A DNA stretch of 64,000 nt from an uncultured Clostridia bacterium. GTDB taxonomy: Bacteria > Bacillota > Clostridia > TANB77 > CAG-508. The stretch covers positions 12,483 through 76,482 of the forward strand of contig CALXFH010000004.1 of NCBI GenBank assembly GCA_944387555.1. Reading direction: 5' to 3'. A program made the position numbers and the translations under genes. Of the stretch, positions 19,188-27,741 are shown piece after piece (position 1 is the first letter of the stretch; every line of letters begins with the position of its first letter). A model generated the notes under the pieces. That model saw nothing but the letters and a program-made list of their open reading frames with translations, searched no databases and was not told where the DNA came from.

Positions 19188-20495
19188 TTAAATTATTTTC
19201 TCAATTTCTCCAATTGCATATAGTGGTATATTAGTAAGCCATTCATCTTTTTTATATTCTGCCATAGATGTTCTTACATTTTTAGTAGTTCCATATTTAT
19301 TAACAAATTCTTTCAAACTTTTTGCTTTCAAATTTTGCTCTGCCTTTACTTCTATAGGAATTATATCAGCCCCTAACTGTATAATAAAATCCACCTCTGC
19401 AGTTGCCCTTTCTGCTGACCAATAAAAAACTGATATATCTTTATTGGATTTTAATTCTGTTAACACAAATTGCTCTGTGAGTGAACCTTTAAACTCTGTA
19501 AAAATTTTACTTCCCTCTAATAAAATTTTTTCATCAATGTTTGCCATTGCACCTAAAAGCCCCACATCTAATATATATAACTTAAATGCACTTATATCTT
19601 GGTATGCAATTAATGGAATATTAGGTTTCTTTATTCTATCAACTTTGTATACCAAGCCACAATCTACCAACCAGGATAAAGCAAGTTCATACTCTTTTGC
19701 TCTTGCTCCTTCTTTTATTAATCCATATATAAATTTCTTATTTTCTTTTGCCAATTGAGATGGTATACTGTTCCATAACATTCTTAATCTTGGCACTATT
19801 TCGTTTGGAGCATGTTTTGAAAAGTCTTCCTCGTATGCATTTAATAATTGATTTTGAATTCTTCTTACTTGTTTTAAATCTTTTGTCTCAACATATCTTT
19901 CTACTGCTGCTGGCATTCCGCCTATAAAATAATATTGTCTTAATAAATCTATTAATTTATCTTTAAATATTCCTATTAACTTCCAATCTCTTTTTTCTAG
20001 TAACTCTACTAATTTTTCCTCTCCTAATGCTAATAAAAATTCTTTAAAGTTCAATGGATATAAATCCATAAAATCCACTTTTCCAACTGGAAATGATGTT
20101 CCTTCGTGTAAAGCCACTCCAAGTAGCGAACCTGCAGCTATAATATTATATTCTTTTGCATTTTCATAGAAATATTTTAATGAAGTTAATGCCTTTGGTA
20201 CTTCTTGTACTTCATCAAAAATTAATAGTGTGTCTTCTTTTTTTATATCAACACCTGTTTCAATTTTTAATCCTTGTATTAATCTTTCTATATCAAAGTC
20301 TCCTTGGAATAACCTTTCCATTCTTTCGTTTCCATCAAAATTTACATATGCTACTTTTTTATAGTACTTTTTTCCGAACTCTTGCATCAACCAAGTCTTA
20401 CCAACCTGCCTTGCCCCTCTTATTATTAAAGGCATTCTATTTTTTGAATTTTTCCATTCTTCTAACTCTTTTAATTTTTCACGATACATAAGCAA
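19188..20495 (-). CDS. AAA-type ATPase with a C-terminal DUF4143 / PD-(D/E)XK-like module
   Basis: 435 aa. Walker A RGARQVGKTWL, Walker B LLIFDEVQ, and a C-terminal nuclease-like signature AEVDFIIQLGADIIPIEVKAEQN. Confidence 0.75.
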   Translation of the reverse strand: MLMYREKLKELEEWKNSKNRMPLIIRGARQVGKTWLMQEFGKKYYKKVAYVNFDGNERMERLFQGDFDIERLIQGLKIETGVDIKKEDTLLIFDEVQEVPKALTSLKYFYENAKEYNIIAAGSLLGVALHEGTSFPVGKVDFMDLYPLNFKEFLLALGEEKLVELLEKRDWKLIGIFKDKLIDLLRQYYFIGGMPAAVERYVETKDLKQVRRIQNQLLNAYEEDFSKHAPNEIVPRLRMLWNSIPSQLAKENKKFIYGLIKEGARAKEYELALSWLVDCGLVYKVDRIKKPNIPLIAYQDISAFKLYILDVGLLGAMANIDEKILLEGSKIFTEFKGSLTEQFVLTELKSNKDISVFYWSAERATAEVDFIIQLGADIIPIEVKAEQNLKAKSLKEFVNKYGTTKNVRTSMAEYKKDEWLTNIPLYAIGEIEKII

Positions 20496-20543
20496 GCCTC
20501 CTTTTTGTATTATATGTCAATTATACCACATTTATTACAAAAA

Positions 20544-20621
20544 TTCAAAGGAAAATTTGATTATTCTTACATTTTTTCAAACGAAAGTCTTTAATATTCA
20601 TACACTTTTTCAAAGGAAAAT
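20544..20621 (-). repeat. Three phased direct repeats upstream of the ATPase gene
   Basis: Plus-strand TTCAAAGGAAAAT at 20544 and 20609, and the degenerate TTCAAACGAAAGT at 20576. Spacing is 32 and 33 nt. Confidence 0.5.
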
Positions 20622-20683
20622 ATTAATTTTATTAAAAATAAAGTATATGATTTCTCATACACTTTATCTTAATTTCATTATTA

Positions 20684-22510
20684 TTATGCTTCTTCTTCAA
20701 CCTCAAATTGTGAGTTATAAAGGTCACTATAGAATCCACCTTTAGCAAGTAAACCTTCATGTGTTCCTTGTTCTACTATATCACCGTGGTTCATAACTAA
20801 GATAAGGTCAGCATTTTTAATAGTTGATAATCTATGTGCAATAATAAAGCTTGTTCTACCTTTCATTAAGTTATCCATTGCATCTTGTATTTGTATTTCT
20901 GTTCTTGTATCAATAGAAGATGTCGCTTCATCTAATATTAATATCTTAGGGTCTGCTAAAATTACCCTTGCAATTGTTAGTAATTGTTTTTGTCCTGCTG
21001 ATACATTACTTGATTCTTCATTTAAAAGAGAATTATATCCATTTGGCAATGTTTTTATAAAGTGATGAACATGTGCTGCTTTTGCTGCTCTAATTACTTC
21101 ATCATCTGTTGCATCTTCTTTACCATATTTAATATTATCTTTTACAGTTCCTCCAAATAACCATGTATCTTGAAGAACCATACCAAACATCTTACGAAGT
21201 TCTCCTCTTTCGAAGTCTTTAATATTATGACCATCAACTAAAATTGCTCCACTGTTTACATCATAGAATCTCATAAGAAGTTTTACCATTGTTGTTTTTC
21301 CTGCTCCTGTAGGTCCAACAATTGCAATTTTTTGTCCGTTCTTTACACTACAATTAAAGTCATTAATAATTGTTTTATTTGGATCATATCCAAATTTAAC
21401 ATGGTCAAATACAATATTTCCTTCTAATTTTGATGTATCAATATTTCCTTTTGCTGTATCTACTTCTTCAGGTTGCTCTAAGAATTCAAAAATTCTTTCA
21501 GCAGCTGCTGCCATAGACTGTAACATACTAGAAATTTGTGCAATTTGGTTTATTGGTTGAACAAATTGTCTATTATATTGTATAAAACTTTGGATATTAC
21601 CAACTGTAATTGTTCCATTAATTGCTAAGTATCCACCAGCTACTGCAACACCTACATATCCAACATTTCCTATAAAGTTCATTACTGGATGTATTAAACC
21701 TGATAAGAATTGTGATTTCCAAGCTGAATGATATAATGTATCATTTGCCTTTTCGAATTCCTTATCTACTTTTCCTTCTGCATTAAATACTTTTACAATA
21801 TTTAATCCACCATATATTTCTTCAACTTGACCATTTACATGTCCTAAATAATCTTGTTGAGCTTTGAAGTATTTTTGTGATCTACTTACAATAATTTTTA
21901 CTAGTACTCCTGCTATTGGTAATATAACAAGTGATATTAAAGTCATTTGCCAACTTATTGAAAACATCATAATTAATATACCAACAATTGTACAAACAGA
22001 GGTAATTATTTGTGTAATACTTTGGTTTAAGTTCATACTTAAAGTATCAATATCGTTTGTTATTATTGATAATACTTCACCATGTGTTTTTGTATCAAAA
22101 TAATTCATTGGTAATTTATTTATTTTTTGAATAATATCATTTCTTAGTCTATAAGTAAGTTTTTGTGAAACTCCTGTCATTGTAAATCCTTGAATTAGTG
22201 AGAATAATGCACTTGCAACATATAATCCAAGTAATCCAAGAAGTATTGCTCCTAGTTTTCCAAAGTCAATTCCTGAACCTCCAGATAACTTACTTACTAA
22301 ACCATTAAATATTTCTGTTGTAGCATTTCCAAGTATTTTTGGTCCTATAATTGTAAATATAGTACTTCCTACTGCAAATACCATTACAATGATTAATGCT
22401 ATTTTATATTTTGATAAATAATTTTTTATTAATTTTTTAGTTGTCTTCTTAAAGTCTTTAGCCTTTGCTGTAGACATATTACTTCTAGGTCCTCCCATTG
22501 GTCCTGGCAT
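20684..22510 (-). CDS. ABC exporter, fused permease/ATPase subunit (heterodimer partner B)
   Basis: 608 aa. Six-TM exporter domain, Walker A GPTGAGKTT, signature VSAGQKQ, Walker B ILILDEATS. Confidence 0.85.
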   Translation of the reverse strand: MPGPMGGPRSNMSTAKAKDFKKTTKKLIKNYLSKYKIALIIVMVFAVGSTIFTIIGPKILGNATTEIFNGLVSKLSGGSGIDFGKLGAILLGLLGLYVASALFSLIQGFTMTGVSQKLTYRLRNDIIQKINKLPMNYFDTKTHGEVLSIITNDIDTLSMNLNQSITQIITSVCTIVGILIMMFSISWQMTLISLVILPIAGVLVKIIVSRSQKYFKAQQDYLGHVNGQVEEIYGGLNIVKVFNAEGKVDKEFEKANDTLYHSAWKSQFLSGLIHPVMNFIGNVGYVGVAVAGGYLAINGTITVGNIQSFIQYNRQFVQPINQIAQISSMLQSMAAAAERIFEFLEQPEEVDTAKGNIDTSKLEGNIVFDHVKFGYDPNKTIINDFNCSVKNGQKIAIVGPTGAGKTTMVKLLMRFYDVNSGAILVDGHNIKDFERGELRKMFGMVLQDTWLFGGTVKDNIKYGKEDATDDEVIRAAKAAHVHHFIKTLPNGYNSLLNEESSNVSAGQKQLLTIARVILADPKILILDEATSSIDTRTEIQIQDAMDNLMKGRTSFIIAHRLSTIKNADLILVMNHGDIVEQGTHEGLLAKGGFYSDLYNSQFEVEEEA

Positions 22511-22511
22511 A

Positions 22512-24779
22512 TTAATTACCTCCTTTCTTGTCTAATTCTTCTTCTGACAATTGTGATAAGGCAATTTGTCTATATGTTTCGTTGTTTTTAATAAGTTCAT
22601 CATGTGTTCCTATTCCTACAACTTTTCCTTCTTCTAAAACTATAATTTGGTCTGCATTTAGAATTGTACTAATTCTTTGTGCTACTATTATAACTGTTTT
22701 GTCTTTTGTTATTTCAGATAAAGCTTCTCTTAAAGCTGCATCTGTTTTTAAGTCTAATGCTGAGAAACTATCATCAAATACAAATATTTCTGGGTCTTTT
22801 GCTAAGGCTCTTGCAATAGAAATACGTTGTCTTTGTCCTCCTGATACGTTACCCCCACCTTGTGCTATTGGGTCTTGGTATTTCTTCTCTTTAGTCTCTA
22901 TAAATTCTGTTGCTTGTGCTATTTCTGCTGCCTTTTCCATTCTTTCATCTGACATATTATCATCAGCATATTTTATGTTTGATTCTATTGTTCCAGAGAA
23001 TAACAATCCTTTTTGTGGAACAAATCCTATAATATCTCTTAAATCTTTTTGAGATACATCTTTTACATTTACACCATCAATTCTAAGTTCTCCACCAGTT
23101 ACATCATAAAATCTTGGGATAAGATTTACAACTGTTGATTTTCCACTTCCTGTACTTCCAATAATTGCTGTTGTTTTACCTGGCTCTGCTGTAAAGTTTA
23201 TATCTTCTAGAATTTCTGTATCTGCATCTGGATATCTAAATGATACATTCTTAAATTCTACTAATCCTTTTTTATTTGGATCAAATTTCTTTGTTTCTTC
23301 TTTATCTTTTATGCTTGGTTCTGTTTCTAGAACTTCATTTATACGGTTTGCTGAAACTGATGCTCTAGGTAGCATAATTGAAATCATTGAAATCATTAAG
23401 AATGCCATAACTATTTGCATTGTATATTGGATGAATGCCATCATATCACCAACTTGCATTATACCTTGGTCTACATTGTTGCCTCCAACCCATACAATTA
23501 AAACTGTTATTCCATTCATGATTAACATTAATGCTGGCATCATTATAGTCATTGCACGGTTTACAAATATGTTCGTTTTCATTAAGTCTTTATTTGCTCC
23601 GTCAAATCTCTTTTCTTCTTTTTTCTCTGTATTAAATGCTCTAATTACTTGAAGTCCACTTAATATTTCTCTTGATACTAAGTTTAGTTTATCTGTTAAC
23701 TCTTGTAATTTTCTAAACTTAGGCATAGCAATAATAAATAGTGTAACTACTATAAATAGAACAGCAAGTATTGCAACACCTATAATCCAAGCCATTGAAT
23801 TATCACTAGTTGTTAATACTTTCATAAATCCACCAATACCAATAATTGGTGCATATACAACAACTCTAAATAGTATTGCAATTAACATTTGTATTTGTTG
23901 AATATCATTAGTACTACGTGTAATTAATGATGCTGTTGAAAATTGATTTAATTCTCCTGTTGAAAAGCTAAGTACTTTCTTAAATACTTTTTCCCTTAGA
24001 GTTTTTCCAAGTTTAGCTGCTACTCTTGCAGATAAAAGCATAATTGTAATAGCTGATGCCATACTAATTAATGCGACTCCAAGCATTTGTAATCCTGTAA
24101 AGATTATATAATTATTTTGAAGTTTATCTGTATCTACTCCTAAATCTTTATATATGTTTTTTACTTCTGTTACTGCTGCTTGCTCTTTTATTGAGTCTTG
24201 CATTTCATCAATTTGCTTTGTAAATTCACTTAATACTGCACTTCTTTGTTCTTCTGGCATAGATTTAATTATGTCAAGAATACTCATGTTTTCTAGAACT
24301 GCTTTTTGTTCTTCTGGTACGTTTTGAGCAAAAGCTTCTTTTATTTTTGCTGCTGTCTCTTCGCTTGTTACTGTAGAAAGCTCCATTAATGGTCCTGCCA
24401 TAATGCTAGATAGCTCATCTTCTTTAGTAGAGTCTATATCATTTAATACATATATTGTATCTGGCTCTACACTATAGTCTTTTCCTAAATAATTTTTTAA
24501 TACTTTTTCTTGTTCTTTAGTTGGGCTTTCTCCTACTAAAGTATAATTTTCAGTTATTTTGTCATCATCTTCTGAAAATATTAAGATATTTTCCAAATCT
24601 TCTTTACTAATTATTTCTGGCACTGCTGTTTCAATTCCACCAGATTGTATTCCTTCATTAACTATTTTTGATGTGTAATCTGGTAATCTTAAATCTGCTT
24701 GTGCTTGTACTATTAACAATAGAATAATTAGTACAACTGCCCAAAAAGAATTTTTTAGATTTTTTAATACTTTTAGCAT
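22512..24779 (-). CDS. ABC exporter, fused permease/ATPase subunit (partner A) with a long extracytoplasmic insert between TM1 and TM2
   Basis: 755 aa. Walker A GSTGSGKST, signature VSGGQRQ, Walker B IFVFDDSFS. About 190 aa of acidic, helical sequence lie between the first hydrophobic helix and the next. The stop is 1 nt from the start of 20684-22510. Confidence 0.85.
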   Translation of the reverse strand: MLKVLKNLKNSFWAVVLIILLLIVQAQADLRLPDYTSKIVNEGIQSGGIETAVPEIISKEDLENILIFSEDDDKITENYTLVGESPTKEQEKVLKNYLGKDYSVEPDTIYVLNDIDSTKEDELSSIMAGPLMELSTVTSEETAAKIKEAFAQNVPEEQKAVLENMSILDIIKSMPEEQRSAVLSEFTKQIDEMQDSIKEQAAVTEVKNIYKDLGVDTDKLQNNYIIFTGLQMLGVALISMASAITIMLLSARVAAKLGKTLREKVFKKVLSFSTGELNQFSTASLITRSTNDIQQIQMLIAILFRVVVYAPIIGIGGFMKVLTTSDNSMAWIIGVAILAVLFIVVTLFIIAMPKFRKLQELTDKLNLVSREILSGLQVIRAFNTEKKEEKRFDGANKDLMKTNIFVNRAMTIMMPALMLIMNGITVLIVWVGGNNVDQGIMQVGDMMAFIQYTMQIVMAFLMISMISIMLPRASVSANRINEVLETEPSIKDKEETKKFDPNKKGLVEFKNVSFRYPDADTEILEDINFTAEPGKTTAIIGSTGSGKSTVVNLIPRFYDVTGGELRIDGVNVKDVSQKDLRDIIGFVPQKGLLFSGTIESNIKYADDNMSDERMEKAAEIAQATEFIETKEKKYQDPIAQGGGNVSGGQRQRISIARALAKDPEIFVFDDSFSALDLKTDAALREALSEITKDKTVIIVAQRISTILNADQIIVLEEGKVVGIGTHDELIKNNETYRQIALSQLSEEELDKKGGN

Positions 24780-24818
24780 AATCCTCCTCCTTTTATAATT
24801 AAAATAACACCATATCTC

Positions 24819-24848
24819 ATTATATGTGACATGGTGTCATTTTGTCAA
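24819..24848 (-). promoter_or_regulatory. Sigma-A promoter candidate for the ABC exporter operon, with an embedded palindrome
   Basis: Minus strand TTGACA - 18 nt - TATAAT. The spacer contains the palindrome TGACAccaTGTCA. Confidence 0.45.
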
Positions 24849-24876
24849 TATTATTTAATACAAATTCACAAAAAAT

Positions 24877-25530
24877 TTACATTTTTCTAAATACCCCTGC
24901 AACTTTTCCAAGTATTTCACAATTAGGCACGATAATTGGGTCCATTGTACTATTTTCTGGTTGTAGTCTAATATGGTCTTTTTCTTTATAAAATGTTTTA
25001 ACTGTTGCTTCATCTCCTATTAATGCAACTACTATTTCCCCATTTTCTGCTGTATTTTGTCTTTTTACTAATATGTAGTCTCCATCTAAAATTCCAGCTT
25101 CAATCATACTTTCTCCACGTACAGTTAGCATAAAACTTTCTGAATTTCCAACAAAGTCAATTGGAATTGGGAATGTATCTGTTACATTTTCTACTGCAAG
25201 TATTGGCTCTCCTGCTGTTATTTTACCAATTATAGGAACATCTACTAATTCTTTTTGTGTATAGAAGTCTTTGCTTGATGTCATTTTTGGTTCTCCTGAA
25301 CCACCTTTTAAAAGTCTCATAGTTCTTCCTTTTTTGTCTTGTCTTTTAATATAACCTTTTTCTTCTAGTTTCTTTAAATACCCATGTACTGTTGCTGTTG
25401 AGCTTAGCCCTACTGCTTTTCCTATTTCTCTTACTGATGGTGGATATCCTTGTGTCATTATTTGTTTTTCGATGAATTTTAGTATTGATTTTTCTCTTTT
25501 ATTTAGTTCTGGTTTCTTCTTTCTTTGCAT
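24877..25530 (-). CDS. lexA: LexA repressor
   Basis: N-terminal winged [37 protein letters not shown], cleavage site ITAGEP, and the Ser/Lys dyad context ([11 protein letters not shown] ... ATVKTFY). I prefer the ATG at 25530 (GGGAG 8 nt upstream) over the GTG at 25539 used by the ORF track. Confidence 0.9.
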   Translation of the reverse strand: MQRKKKPELNKREKSILKFIEKQIMTQGYPPSVREIGKAVGLSSTATVHGYLKKLEEKGYIKRQDKKGRTMRLLKGGSGEPKMTSSKDFYTQKELVDVPIIGKITAGEPILAVENVTDTFPIPIDFVGNSESFMLTVRGESMIEAGILDGDYILVKRQNTAENGEIVVALIGDEATVKTFYKEKDHIRLQPENSTMDPIIVPNCEILGKVAGVFRKM

Positions 25531-25561
25531 ATTTATCACTCCCGTTTTCTATTATGAACAC

Positions 25562-25607
25562 ATAATATCATACAAACAAAAGAATGTCAAACGTTTTTTC
25601 GAAAAAA
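25562..25607 (-). promoter_or_regulatory. lexA promoter with a putative SOS (Cheo-like) box
   Basis: Minus strand TTGACA (25590-25585) - 17 nt - TATTAT (25567-25562) with TG at the extended -10. CGAAAAAACGTTTG (25601-25588) overlaps the -35 and matches CGAAC-N4-GTTCG at 8 of 10 specified positions. It is embedded in the perfect 14-bp palindrome TTTTTTCGAAAAAA (25594-25607). Confidence 0.5.
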
Positions 25608-25656
25608 GTTAAAAAAGTTAAATTTTATTTAAAAAGAAAGAAATTTGTTAGATAGA

Positions 25657-26512
25657 TTAGTTGCTCACTATTTTTAATACTTCCGCTAATTTAATTCCTG
25701 TTTTTTCAGCTATTTCACTTGGTGACATATTATTTTTAAATAACGATTTTATTATACTTTGTTCTCCTAGCTTTTTGCCACGTTTTTCTCCTTTCTTTTC
25801 ACCACGTCTTTCGCAATAATTATTTTCACTAATCCTATCCATTTCCCATCTTTCTCTTAAATCTTGTAGTCTTCTTTCTTCTGCTTCTCCTGTTAAATAG
25901 TTATAGTCTTCTTTTGCCTCTTTTAAAACTTTATTTTTTGTAATCGCCATATCTATATACCTCCTATCATTATTAATAAATGCTAACCATTGATTTACTG
26001 TATCATTTATATCTATATTATTAGCCTTTTCAAACTTTTGTAATTCTATAAAATACCATTCTAAATCTTTTATAACCTCATGTTCTCTATGTTTATCTAA
26101 TACTATAGCTGTTTTTGAAATATATTCTTTATGTTCTTTATATAAAATGTAATCTAAAATATTTATCATAATAACTTTTTTAATTTTAGAATATTCTGTT
26201 CCGTTTTCCTACTTCCCTTGATATTATTTTTGAGCTATAATATTTTGTCCTTTGTTCTATATTATGATTATTTCTTTTTTGCATTTCTATATTTACTATA
26301 ATTTCATCATTTATTTCTACTTGTAAGTCCATACTTCCACCTTTTTCCTCTTTAAAGAGTTTTTCTACATGAACTTCTTCAAATACTTTTATTTTATTAA
26401 TTTCTATTTTTAATAATGAACTTAAGAAATCAACTAAATACTTTTCATTGCCTTTTCTAGAAAAAAATGATTTAAATACTATGTCGTTTTTTAGATTTAT
26501 TTCCAACTTCAT
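25657..26512 (-). pseudogene. Rpn-family (PD-(D/E)XK nuclease family transposase, YhgA-like) gene split into two ORFs by a frameshift
   Basis: The N-terminal ORF (26186-26512: KNDIVFKSFFSRKGNEKYLVDFLSSLL...DLQVEINDEIIVNIEMQ...YYSSKIIS) and the C-terminal ORF (25657-26169) are the two halves of one family member. Reading +1 from about 26205 gives ...VGNGTEYSKIKKVIMINILDY, which restores continuity. The extra base falls in the run GGAAAAC (T4 at 26204-26207 on the plus strand). Confidence 0.7.
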
Positions 26513-26808
26513 TCTTCCTTTCTATTATATCAATTAAATTTTACCTTTTCAAGTGTTAACTAAATATTTACATATGTTTTCCATAAAGACAAATGACTTA
26601 AACTTTAAAAAGCATAATTAATAAGCCTAAACAATTTAGGATTTTTAACAAATTTAAATTAATTTATTTTTGGATTTTTCAGTTTAATTGATTAAAAAAT
26701 CTTGATTAAAATAATTAAAAAATATTTTTTAATTTAATTTGAAAGCCATCTGGCTTATAGAATATCTATTATATATCACATTTTCCATAAATTGTAAATA
26801 GTTTTTAA

Positions 26809-26841
26809 CAAAAAATTTTAGACGCTTAAAGTAAGCGTCTA
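26809..26841 (-). terminator. Rho-independent terminator of the sporulation block
   Basis: 10-bp stem TAGACGCTTA/TAAGCGTCTA with a 3-nt loop. It overlaps the TAG stop of 26839-27666 and is followed on the minus strand by AAATTTTTTG. Confidence 0.7.
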
Positions 26842-27666
26842 TTGAATAAAAGTACTTGGGTCTATTTGAACACCATCTTTTAATATCTCAAAATGTAGAT
26901 GTGGTTCATCTGCAATTTCAAAAGTCGCAGTATTACCAACAGTACCAATGCTTTGTCCTTTTTCTACCTTTTCACCTTCTATTACAAACTCAGAACTCAA
27001 AAGGTTAGCATAAACAGTTTGGTAACCATCATCATGTTCAATAGTAATTGTTAAACCATATCTTGGGTCATTTTTAATAGTTTTAACAGTACCTGCTTCT
27101 GCTGCTTTTACAACAGTAGTTTTATCTGCTTTAATATCAATTCCTAAATGTGTAGTCCATTCTTGAAGAGTTTCAGAATAAACTAAATTATCTTTAGCAA
27201 AACCTTTCATAATTTCACCTTCAACAGGTCTTTCAAAAGATAATTCTTTTTTAGTTTCTTCTTTTTCCTCTACTGCATTAGTTTGTGTAGTTTTATTGTT
27301 CTTAGTTGTTTTAGTTGTATTTGTTTGGTTTTGTGTGTTTGTTGTATTATTTGTAGCATTTGTATTGCTTGTGTTATTTGTAATTTCATTTTGAGCTTCG
27401 TTTATAGATTTACCAATCTCTGTACTTACACTTTCTGTATTTGTATTAGTAGTATTTGTACTGTTATTATCACTTGTAATATTTGCCATATCTTCAAAAT
27501 CTAGCACATCGTTTTGCATCTGTTCATTTAAATGTCTACTATACATAAGCAAAGCAACCAAAATAACTGTAAGAACAGCAACTCCTATAATAGAATACAT
27601 TATAATTTTATTTTGCATAGCATCTTTATTATTTCTTGCCCTATTATCTCTTCTCATATTTCTCAT
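26839..27666 (-). CDS. M23/LytM-domain membrane protein, SpoIIQ-like by position
   Basis: 275 aa. N-terminal TM (IIMYSIIGVAVLTVILVALLMY), an N/T-rich linker, and a C-terminal LytM domain with an intact HxxxD (THLGIDI) and HxH (PHLHFE). It lies immediately downstream of spoIID, as spoIIQ does in clostridia. Confidence 0.6.
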   Translation of the reverse strand: MRNMRRDNRARNNKDAMQNKIIMYSIIGVAVLTVILVALLMYSRHLNEQMQNDVLDFEDMANITSDNNSTNTTNTNTESVSTEIGKSINEAQNEITNNTSNTNATNNTTNTQNQTNTTKTTKNNKTTQTNAVEEKEETKKELSFERPVEGEIMKGFAKDNLVYSETLQEWTTHLGIDIKADKTTVVKAAEAGTVKTIKNDPRYGLTITIEHDDGYQTVYANLLSSEFVIEGEKVEKGQSIGTVGNTATFEIADEPHLHFEILKDGVQIDPSTFIQ

Positions 27667-27741
27667 ATTAATCCTCCTTAAAAGTTTTATTAATACAAGT
27701 ATTTCCTATTTTGAAGAGATTATACATTTTAGGATAATTTT

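Noticed and set aside
26513-26808. A 300-nt extremely AT-rich spacer between the SpoIIQ-like gene terminator and the Rpn gene. I inspected it for an sRNA, a small ORF, or the spoIIID gene expected at this position in clostridia.
   Set aside because: It has only 5-bp stems, no ORF with an RBS, and no HTH-encoding frame. Nothing here can be supported.
27283-27504. Apparent nucleotide-level repetitiveness inside the SpoIIQ-like gene.
   Set aside because: It encodes an Asn/Thr-rich low-complexity linker (TNTTNTQNQTNTTKTTKNNKTTQTN). It is not a discrete tandem repeat or a mobile element.
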